A stretch of 64,000 bases of DNA from a virus (lineage: Duplodnaviria; Caudoviricetes), in IMG/VR virus record IMGVR_UViG_3300020492_000001, positions 12,305 through 76,304 of that record; one strand, given 5' to 3'. The translations under genes were made by a program, and so were the position numbers. Shown in pieces: positions 41,781-48,642 of the stretch. The notes under the pieces were generated by a model. That model was not told the DNA's origin, did no database searches, and was given only the letters and a program-made list of their open reading frames with translations. Each line of letters starts with the position of its first letter. The first letter of the stretch is position 1.

Positions 41781-41803
41781 TGGCAAAAAAAAAATTAAAA
41801 ATT

Positions 41804-42118
41804 ATGAGTACAATTATCGAAGACATTCAGTTTATGAAATCAATTTTGCCTGAACACTATGAGGTAAAAGAAAGTAAAAAATCAGGTTCAATTCATTGTA
41901 AATCAAGTATTGGATTAAGAAAAACGCCATACAATAGTTTTGATAGTTTTAAACGACCAATTATTGTTGATGATGCGGAAGATGAAGAACAATGGTTTTA
42001 TATCGTTGAAGCTATTAAAGCAAAGTTTGGCGAAAGGTTACAGGAAATTGACCATAACACTTGTTTTTGCCACGTCGATTTCACGATTTATCTGCGGTTT
42101 TCCGTTGCTTGCGCATAA
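41804..42118 (+). CDS. Cassette 4: hypothetical protein
   Basis: Stop TAA lies within GCGCATAAC. Confidence 0.6.
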   Translation: MSTIIEDIQFMKSILPEHYEVKESKKSGSIHCKSSIGLRKTPYNSFDSFKRPIIVDDAEDEEQWFYIVEAIKAKFGERLQEIDHNTCFCHVDFTIYLRFSVACA

Positions 42119-42247
42119 CGGTTTGCAGCTAAACGAGGTGGCTGATTAATACCTCGAAACTTAATTAAAAGAACAAAATTATGAACACAGACAAAAGTTT
42201 ATTAGAAGAACAAAGCAAGCCATCTTTTTTAGGTGCTGTTATGTGCC
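42111..42247. repeat. attC-like site E5
   Basis: GCGCATAAC-GGTTT-GCAGCTAAACGAGGTGGCT...AGCCATCTTTTTTAGGTGC-T-GTTATGTGCC. Confidence 0.85.
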
Positions 42248-42387
42248 GTTTTTTATTCCAATACAGAAGTATGGATAAAGATTTAATGGTACATATTGAA
42301 GCAAGTAGTTTAAATTATGCAATGGTGAAATTTGCAACTCACTACCATTTAATTGATGAAGTGTATGAGATTGCAAGGGTGTCCTAA
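42181..42387 (+). CDS. Cassette 5: hypothetical protein
   Basis: Starts in the E5 loop. Confidence 0.55.
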   Translation: MNTDKSLLEEQSKPSFLGAVMCRFLFQYRSMDKDLMVHIEASSLNYAMVKFATHYHLIDEVYEIARVS

Positions 42388-42390
42388 AAT

Positions 42391-42545
42391 GGCACATAAC
42401 GGAAAATAATAAACGTATGTGTTGGTGTGTGGTTAAAGTGTTCCTCTGGCTAATGGACAAGTACCATAACCGTAAGTGCCTAAAACTTACCATACCACGC
42501 TACGGGCGGAACACGCCAACATTACGTTTATTTATTGTTAGCAAA
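42391..42545. repeat. attC-like site E6 (long structured loop; precedes an ORF-less cassette)
   Basis: GGCACATAAC-GGAA-AATAATAAACGTATGTGTTGG...CCAACATTACGTTTATTTATT-GTTAGCAAA. Confidence 0.75.
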
Positions 42546-42556
42546 TCGTTTTAATG

Positions 42557-42638
42557 TTTGCTAACGGCATCAAGCTAAAAGCTGACCGCCTAATAAGCGG
42601 TTAGTATATGGCGGTTTGATTTTAGGTTGTGTTATGTT
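42557..42638. repeat. attC-like site E7
   Basis: TTTGCTAAC-GGCAT-CAAGCTAAAAGCTGACCGCC...GGCGGTTTGATTTTAGGTTG-T-GTTATGTT. Confidence 0.8.
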
Positions 42639-42699
42639 GGTGCGATGGCAAGTGTGTGAGGCAGTTTTATTTTATTAATTTTTAAAAAAGCGGAGGAAA

Positions 42700-42912
42700 A
42701 TGGAAAACTTATACTTTAGAAAAAAACTTATATGGGCTGAAATTGAGCGATTAAAACACGAACTTGAAAAGAATCAAGAGTTTATTAACTTATTTCAAAA
42801 ACAAAACAATGATTTGCTAAAACAGATTGAAAAGCAATTTAAAGAAATAGAAATTGTTGGAGAGCAATTACTAAAAATAGAAACAGAACAATTAATAAAA
42901 CATGATTTATGA
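42700..42912 (+). CDS. Cassette 7 gene a: coiled-coil hypothetical protein
   Basis: 70-aa ORF. Confidence 0.55.
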   Translation: MENLYFRKKLIWAEIERLKHELEKNQEFINLFQKQNNDLLKQIEKQFKEIEIVGEQLLKIETEQLIKHDL

Positions 42913-43178
42913 CAACAGAAAAACCACTTAGAAAAACAGGCAGTTATATAGTAATTGCCAAACGTTGGAGCAGCGAACAATCACATAATTACATTGTAGA
43001 TTTATGCTCAGGAATTGATTCAGCTAAAGAAATTGCAGAAAATGAAATGCGAGAGCGTGGCGGTAAATATGGGATACAGATAATTGCTTTTAGAGAAGAT
43101 AACAACGAGCAAGAAATTGTTTTTGAAATTGAAAGCCCATATAAGAATAAGGTAAATATACCTACTGATAACGCTTAG
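42909..43178 (+). CDS. Cassette 7 gene b: hypothetical protein
   Basis: ATGA overlap with gene a. Confidence 0.55.
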   Translation: MTTEKPLRKTGSYIVIAKRWSSEQSHNYIVDLCSGIDSAKEIAENEMRERGGKYGIQIIAFREDNNEQEIVFEIESPYKNKVNIPTDNA

Positions 43179-43214
43179 GTGCGTAGGCTTTTAAAAATTA
43201 ATAAAATAAAATTG

Positions 43215-43303
43215 AACATAACGGTTTGCAGCTAATAGAAGGCTGTAATTACACAAAAATATATGAGCTGTTAACTCAGCTTTTTATTAGGTGCTGTTAG
43301 TAC
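43215..43303. repeat. attC-like site E8
   Basis: AACATAAC-GGTTT-GCAGCTAATAGAAGGCTG...CAGCTTTTTATTAGGTGC-T-GTTAGTAC. Confidence 0.85.
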
Positions 43304-43351
43304 CAGTAGCCAAATTAAAATTTAAAAACAATAACAATTAAAAACTAAAAT

Positions 43352-43630
43352 ATGAAAAACAACAAAGAACAATCGTACCAATACGCTGCAATTATACAAG
43401 GCGCAATAGCAGAAATGTTAAATGAAGATAGTGATAGCGATTATAGAATATCGTTAAGCGATTTTGATGATGAGGATAAAGCAACTGCATTTTTGCACGC
43501 ATTAGCTAATATAGTGCCTTGTAATATCTATAAAAAATTAACTCAAGATGATACTGACATTTTAGGTTTTAATCATATCGCTAATAGATTAGTATATCAA
43601 TTTACAAAGCAGGACGAAGCCGAAGATTAA
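43352..43630 (+). CDS. Cassette 8: hypothetical protein
   Basis: 92-aa ORF between E8 and E9. Confidence 0.6.
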   Translation: MKNNKEQSYQYAAIIQGAIAEMLNEDSDSDYRISLSDFDDEDKATAFLHALANIVPCNIYKKLTQDDTDILGFNHIANRLVYQFTKQDEAED

Positions 43631-43646
43631 ACATCAAAGGCTATTA

Positions 43647-43780
43647 GTACTAACGGTTGGTGCTTTATTTAGTGCCGACTTAACAGATAAAATTTAATTG
43701 AAACACAAATGAAAAATAAAAAGACAAAAGTAAAATCGAAGCCGAAAACTAAGGCATTGAATAAAGCACTTGTTAGCAGT
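43647..43780. repeat. attC-like site E9
   Basis: GTACTAAC-GGTT-GGTGCTTTATTTAGTGCC...GGCATTGAATAAAGCACT-T-GTTAGCAGT. Confidence 0.85.
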
Positions 43781-43966
43781 AGTGCCTATGTGCGTTACCG
43801 CTACTCAGGTAAATCTTCTTCAATATTTTGGGATATAGTAAATTCATTACCAAAAGATGCAGACAGACAAGAGATGTATGCTTTAGGATGCGTTTTGCAA
43901 AATGTTGAAGAAGATGTGTTGAGAACACTAAGGAATATTAACAGCAAGTATGTGCGTGGCAAATAG
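43709..43966 (+). CDS. Cassette 9: hypothetical protein
   Basis: Starts in the E9 loop. Confidence 0.6.
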   Translation: MKNKKTKVKSKPKTKALNKALVSSSAYVRYRYSGKSSSIFWDIVNSLPKDADRQEMYALGCVLQNVEEDVLRTLRNINSKYVRGK

Positions 43967-43971
43967 GCATT

Positions 43972-44110
43972 ACTGCTAACGTTCTGGCGGTTGGCGTTCG
44001 TTGCCGACTTTGGAACACTAAACTTTCACTTTTAAAATAAATTTGATATGGAACACAAAACTTCAATAAACCACGAAAACGGCAATGACGCCAACCGCTT
44101 GTTACCAGCA
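43972..44110. repeat. attC-like site E10
   Basis: ACTGCTAAC-GTTCT-GGCGGTTGGCGTTCGTTGCCG...CGGCAATGACGCCAACCGCT-T-GTTACCAGCA. Confidence 0.85.
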
Positions 44111-44275
44111 GTTAGTTGGTATAAATCATTATCGCTCAACCAAAAGATGGCGCTCAAAGAAGTATCAGCATTAATTTGTGGAATGAAATGGGAAGATTTC
44201 AATATTCTATTCAGTCCACGAGAAAGACTTGAGATATTGCACAACAAATTAATATTGGAAGGTTTCCTTGTCTAA
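44048..44275 (+). CDS. Cassette 10: hypothetical protein
   Basis: Starts in the E10 loop. Confidence 0.55.
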   Translation: MEHKTSINHENGNDANRLLPAVSWYKSLSLNQKMALKEVSALICGMKWEDFNILFSPRERLEILHNKLILEGFLV

Positions 44276-44276
44276 T

Positions 44277-44379
44277 TGCTGGTAACGTTTTGCAGCTAAT
44301 AGAAGTGGCTGCTTGTAAGAACTTCTGAATTATAAACAAATGCTTGTAGCAGCCATTTTTGTTAGGTGCTGTTATAAGC
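44277..44379. repeat. attC-like site E11
   Basis: TGCTGGTAAC-GTTTT-GCAGCTAATAGAAGTGGCTGCT...AGCAGCCATTTTTGTTAGGTGC-T-GTTATAAGC. Confidence 0.85.
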
Positions 44380-44396
44380 TGTAAAAATTACGACTT

Positions 44397-44603
44397 ATGA
44401 AAACGTATTTATCATTTTACGGAGATTGTTATTACCCAAGCGGTGGTATGGGTGATTTTATTGGAGATTACGACACCAAAGAAGAAGCGATACAAGCTAT
44501 TGAAGAAGCTCACAAAAAGAACCGCCCTGATGATTTAGAATGGGAGTGGGCTTGGGCTAATGTTTGGAGTGCACATGACCGAATCGAAGTGTACACTAAG
44601 TAA
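44397..44603 (+). CDS. Cassette 11: small phage-type protein (YYPxGGxxDF family)
   Basis: YLSF...YYPSGGMGDFIGDYDTKEEA motif familiar from phage hypotheticals. Confidence 0.6.
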   Translation: MKTYLSFYGDCYYPSGGMGDFIGDYDTKEEAIQAIEEAHKKNRPDDLEWEWAWANVWSAHDRIEVYTK

Positions 44604-44611
44604 TTTTTATT

Positions 44612-44679
44612 GCTTATAACGGATGAAGCCTTACCCAGCGAAGGTGTCGACCGAGTTGGGTAAGGGTTGGGTTATAAGC
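44612..44679. repeat. attC-like site E12 (shortest, 68 bp)
   Basis: GCTTATAAC-GGAT-GAAGCCTTACCCAGC...GTTGGGTAAGGGTTG-G-GTTATAAGC. Confidence 0.8.
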
Positions 44680-44728
44680 TGACGGTTACTAATGTTACTA
44701 TGAAAAACAATTTAAAAAAAATAACGAT

Positions 44729-44914
44729 ATGATTGAAATAGAAGAATTATTTGGTGGAAATGATGCCGAAGAACACAATGTTTTATACACTATTATTAAA
44801 AATAGAGGATATAAATATTTTGAAGAAACACCCAAAACAAGTATGACTTGCGGATTAATTAAAGATTTACACGAACTAAATTACGAGATTGTAAAAAAAA
44901 ACGTTTCAAAGTAG
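44729..44914 (+). CDS. Cassette 12: hypothetical protein
   Basis: 61-aa ORF between E12 and E13. Confidence 0.55.
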   Translation: MIEIEELFGGNDAEEHNVLYTIIKNRGYKYFEETPKTSMTCGLIKDLHELNYEIVKKNVSK

Positions 44915-44923
44915 CTACCGTTT

Positions 44924-45051
44924 GCTTATAACGGTTCGCAGATAAACGCAGTTTTATGAAACAGAAATTAGATATAGAAAAAATTAGAGAGTTGGAAACC
45001 ATAGCTAAAGAATTAGATGCTGAAAAATTGCGTTTATCTGCTGTTAGCAAA
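44924..45051. repeat. attC-like site E13
   Basis: GCTTATAAC-GGTTC-GCAGATAAACGCAGTTT...AAATTGCGTTTATCTGC-T-GTTAGCAAA. Confidence 0.85.
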
Positions 45052-45153
45052 TCGGTTTGCGACCACTCTTGGATGAACACAGGATTATCAGTACAAGGCA
45101 AAAGTTTGATGGTATGCACCAAATGTAGGGAAACCAAGCAAACTGTTTGCTAA
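44956..45153 (+). CDS. Cassette 13: small putative Zn-ribbon protein
   Basis: CDHSW...CTKC; starts in the E13 loop and stops within TTTGCTAAC. Confidence 0.55.
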   Translation: MKQKLDIEKIRELETIAKELDAEKLRLSAVSKSVCDHSWMNTGLSVQGKSLMVCTKCRETKQTVC

Positions 45154-45200
45154 CTATTATATGTAAACTACCCTTTAAACTAACAGCAAAATCAATACTC
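45146..45200 (-). other. attI-like half-site
   Basis: Core GTTAGCAAA on the minus strand with no palindromic partner arm; second GTTAG about 30 bp away; lies just 5' of the recombinase start. Confidence 0.55.
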
Positions 45201-45221
45201 TTTAATTAAAAAATCGAAAAT

Positions 45222-46055
45222 ATGAATTTAGAAAAGTGGATAAATAGATATAAAACTGATTGTGCTTTAAAGTATAATAGTGATGCAACCAAAGAAAATT
45301 ACACTTCTGGAGTTAAATCTTTTCTTATAAAATTCGATAAATATTCTGAGCCTAAAGAAATACCGACTCAGGAAATTAAAGAGTATTTATTGACTTTTAA
45401 AACGATAAATACACGAAAGCATAACCTTTGCTCTATTAAATCTTTCTATAAATTAACTGTAGGTATGCCAAGCAAGATTGATAAGATTCCTTATCCTAAG
45501 TCTGATAAGAAACTACCTATCGTTCTTTCTGTAAACGAAATTCAAAGAATGTTTAATGTCTGCCAAAATAAGAAGCATAAAGCAATTTTAGCTTTACTGT
45601 ACTCTTGTGGATTACGTGTATCGGAACTTATAAATTTGAAATGGAAAGATATTGATAGAAGTAGAATGGTAATTAATATAATCCAAGCTAAGGGAAATAA
45701 GGATAGGCAAGTCCCATTATCTCAAGATTTGATTAATGTATTAGAAAGTTACTGGAATGAGTACAAGTCCGCCGAGTATGTTTTTAATGGACAAAAATCA
45801 CTGCAATACACAGATAGAAGTGTAGGAGAAGTAATTAAACAGTTGGCAGATAAAGCAGGAATATGTAATAAAAGGGTTTACACACACCTTATGCGTCATT
45901 GCAGCTTTACGCACATGGTTGAGAACGGAACTGATATTTCGCTTATCCAAAGACTCGCTGGACATTCTAGTGTAAAAACGACTAATATCTACCTCCATAT
46001 CAGCCATAATCACATAAGTAAAATCCAAAGTCCACTAAGTAATATTAAATTATAA
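45222..46055 (+). CDS. Tyrosine recombinase, integron-integrase-like (lacks IntI-specific insertion)
   Basis: SAM-like N-terminal domain; KLPIVLS; complete catalytic set GLRVSE, KGNKDR, THLMRH, LAGH, TNIY. Confidence 0.9.
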   Translation: MNLEKWINRYKTDCALKYNSDATKENYTSGVKSFLIKFDKYSEPKEIPTQEIKEYLLTFKTINTRKHNLCSIKSFYKLTVGMPSKIDKIPYPKSDKKLPIVLSVNEIQRMFNVCQNKKHKAILALLYSCGLRVSELINLKWKDIDRSRMVINIIQAKGNKDRQVPLSQDLINVLESYWNEYKSAEYVFNGQKSLQYTDRSVGEVIKQLADKAGICNKRVYTHLMRHCSFTHMVENGTDISLIQRLAGHSSVKTTNIYLHISHNHISKIQSPLSNIKL

Positions 46056-46075
46056 CTCAAACTTGAATTAAAAAC

Positions 46076-46450
46076 ATGGTAAAACTAGAAGTAATAGAAG
46101 AAGGAGATTTATTCCTATATAATTTCACTTTGGCAGACGGATCAAAGAAGCAGCAGAAATACACTAAAGCTACACATGAAGCTATTAAAAGTTATTTTAG
46201 TAAGCCTAAGAAGGAGAAAAAGAAGCCTGCAACCGCGCCGACATTAGAAGAAGTAAAGGAGTATTTTAAGAAAGAAGGCTACCAAGAGGATGCTGCTATC
46301 AGATTCCATAAGTATTACGAGGCACTAGATTGGTATGATAATCAAGGTCGCCCTGTATTAAGATGGAAAGGAAAGGCTATCGCAACTTGGTTTAAGCCTG
46401 AAATGAAATTAAAAGTAGAAGTTAAAAATACATCATCATTTTTTCAATAA
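46076..46450 (+). CDS. Replication initiator/helicase-loader-like protein
   Basis: PTLEEVKEYF...FHKYYEALDW...G..V.RWK, a C-terminal domain type of phage replication initiators; directly before dnaB. Confidence 0.55.
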   Translation: MVKLEVIEEGDLFLYNFTLADGSKKQQKYTKATHEAIKSYFSKPKKEKKKPATAPTLEEVKEYFKKEGYQEDAAIRFHKYYEALDWYDNQGRPVLRWKGKAIATWFKPEMKLKVEVKNTSSFFQ

Positions 46451-46453
46451 CAC

Positions 46454-47821
46454 ATGGACTTAAAACAAAAAGAAAGAGAAGTACTTAATCTATTTGCGGA
46501 TAATGCTGATTTATTTGTTAATTGTGAACACTTGGTATTTGAAAACTTATGGTCCACAAACTTTAATAAGGTTAAATTCAAAATTATAACTTATAATCAT
46601 AGTAAAGGTAAGAAATCTGACATTTACCTGCTCTCTAATATGCTTATTAAGGCAGGTTGTAACAAAAAAGAAATCGGACTTGAAGTGTCTGAGCCTAATT
46701 ATAAAATCGCTAAGAATGTAGATGAGTATGTTAAGGATATTTTTGATGAGTATTCTAAGCGACAATTAACTCCATTACTTCAAAGAGTTCACTCAGAGCT
46801 TAGTTCTGAATTAGGAGATGTAAATAGCTGTTTAGAAGATTTAAAGACGGCAGTGAACGATATAGAGAGTATTAAGAATAATCTTTCTGTAGATAAAAAA
46901 GCAACTGATATTTTTGATCAAGCATTTAACGAGTTAATGGAAGCTCAGAATAATATAAAAGAGATAGTTGGTTATTCTACAGGGCTTAAAGATTTAGATA
47001 AGATGTGTGGTGGACTAAAACAAGAGGTTATTGTTATTGGAGCGCCTCCTGGTTCTGGTAAAAGTTCATTAATGGTAAACATCGTTGATAATGTAGCTAT
47101 CAAACAAGGTAAGCCTGTTGCTGTGTTTTCTTTAGAGATGCCTGCTACTCAATTAATGAAGAATATGTGGGCCAACAACCTTACAATTAATTCTTATGCG
47201 ATACGTGGCGGAGGATTGTTAGATGAAGATTTAGTAAAAGTAAAGAAGTACAAGCAAAGATTAAAAGATAATTTAGTCATAGATGACACCCCAGGAATTA
47301 CTTGGCAGTATATGGAGACTAGAATAAGAAAGATGCGTAAAACAGTTCCTATGAATGAATTGATAGTTGTTATGGTAGACTATATTCAAATTATGAGAAA
47401 TACTATTGAGGAGACAAGAGGGATTAGTAGTGAAGAGCAATTAGGATTAAGAAGTAACGGCTTAATGGAACTTTCTAAGAAATATAATCTTTGCATGATG
47501 GAATTATCTCAATTATCTAGGGAAGTTGGTAAGAGAGAGAATAAAAAGCCTGTAATGGGAGATTTAAAAGGCTCAGGAGCTATTGAAGCAAACGCTGTAC
47601 AGATATGGTTACTCTATAGGCCAGACTACTTTGAAACCGATCCTATGGAGAATGGAATGTCTTTAAAAGGACTCTGCGAGATTAATATGGCTAAGAATAG
47701 ATATGGAGAGACAGGTAGAAGATATGTAAGATTTGAAGGTAAATACTCAGCATTTAAAGATTTTGATATTAATGAAGTTAATGGATTAGTAACAGGAAGT
47801 AGCAATGGAGATGAGTTCTAA
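46454..47821 (+). CDS. dnaB: Replicative DnaB-like helicase
   Basis: GAPPGSGKS, FSLEM, VDYIQ, LSQLSR, DLKGSGAIE, KNRYG. Confidence 0.92.
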   Translation: MDLKQKEREVLNLFADNADLFVNCEHLVFENLWSTNFNKVKFKIITYNHSKGKKSDIYLLSNMLIKAGCNKKEIGLEVSEPNYKIAKNVDEYVKDIFDEYSKRQLTPLLQRVHSELSSELGDVNSCLEDLKTAVNDIESIKNNLSVDKKATDIFDQAFNELMEAQNNIKEIVGYSTGLKDLDKMCGGLKQEVIVIGAPPGSGKSSLMVNIVDNVAIKQGKPVAVFSLEMPATQLMKNMWANNLTINSYAIRGGGLLDEDLVKVKKYKQRLKDNLVIDDTPGITWQYMETRIRKMRKTVPMNELIVVMVDYIQIMRNTIEETRGISSEEQLGLRSNGLMELSKKYNLCMMELSQLSREVGKRENKKPVMGDLKGSGAIEANAVQIWLLYRPDYFETDPMENGMSLKGLCEINMAKNRYGETGRRYVRFEGKYSAFKDFDINEVNGLVTGSSNGDEF

Positions 47822-48224
47822 AGTAGATTTTAAATCCCAAATAGGATTAGCTTTATCCGCTATATGCCTAAAAGAGTTCTATAACCTTTACGATAATGAA
47901 GGTTGTGGGATAATAACAAATACACACTCAGGAGCCATGCTTTACGATTTACTTAAATGGGCAGGTAATGATATGTCTATTGATGAAAATATCAAGAAAG
48001 AAGTATTAGAGAATTGTAAAGCAGACTACTTAGTCATCCAAGATAGAAGTATTAAAGATAAAGATAAGCATAAGAAGATATACCAAGACTACTGTAAATG
48101 TAAGATGGCGGAGATATGGCTTAATATTAAAGCAGACTTAGATAAAAGAGTGTTCCCTGATGAGATACCTATTCCTAAATTAGATGCTCAATACCATAAG
48201 TTTAGGCTTAATAGAGAAGAATAA
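47805..48224 (+). CDS. Hypothetical protein
   Basis: Overlaps the end of dnaB. Confidence 0.55.
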   Translation: MEMSSKVDFKSQIGLALSAICLKEFYNLYDNEGCGIITNTHSGAMLYDLLKWAGNDMSIDENIKKEVLENCKADYLVIQDRSIKDKDKHKKIYQDYCKCKMAEIWLNIKADLDKRVFPDEIPIPKLDAQYHKFRLNREE

Positions 48225-48300
48225 AAAATAATTTGAATAAATAATCAATTTTTTGTAACCTTATTTATTTTTATACGTTTAACTATTAAAATTACACATT

Positions 48301-48639
48301 ATGAATACATATTATAATCCTTGGTATTATTACAACGCTGGAGTTTTAGTTAAGAATAAGAAGCCTTGCATTCCAGGAAGTCAAGTTCACATATCTGATA
48401 TGGAAGGTTGCTTTACTGTATTGGATGTAAAAATAGATCACTTTGTGGTTATGAAGAAGAAAAAAGAAGTTAAGATACCTTGGGACAGATTTATCTGTTT
48501 AAAAGGAGACGGAACTAGCCTTGAGGCTCAAACTAAAAGAGGATTAAAAAGTGCTTTATATCAAATAGAATCCGCGCAATATAATTCAGCTATGTTAGCT
48601 AAAGAATTAACTAATTTTCTAAAATCACTAAAAAAATAA
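48301..48639 (+). CDS. Hypothetical protein
   Basis: After the promoter motif at 48255. Confidence 0.6.
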   Translation: MNTYYNPWYYYNAGVLVKNKKPCIPGSQVHISDMEGCFTVLDVKIDHFVVMKKKKEVKIPWDRFICLKGDGTSLEAQTKRGLKSALYQIESAQYNSAMLAKELTNFLKSLKK

Positions 48640-48642
48640 ACC

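Larger units (their letters stand above)
40181..46055. mobile_element. Integron-like element: 13 cassettes, 13 attC-like sites, attI-like half-site and tyrosine recombinase
   Basis: See site features. Each cassette's two ends are reverse complements of each other; recombinase adjacent. Confidence 0.8.

Noticed and set aside
41785-41794. Phase-variable poly-A switch in cassette 4
   Set aside because: A +1 slip in the A10 run would fuse the arm frame to the gene, but the gene has its own start, and A-runs are common in this genome.
40181-45154. CRISPR array or simple Rho-independent terminators
   Set aside because: Repeats are variable 68-155-bp palindromes separated by whole genes, with conserved AAC/GTT cores and cassette-specific ends; there are no constant-length spacers, no cas genes and no U-tracts.
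45222-46055. Ordinary lysogeny integrase
   Set aside because: No repressor/excisionase module or attP was recognised, and the gene abuts the cassette half-site within a replication operon. Disfavoured rather than excluded.
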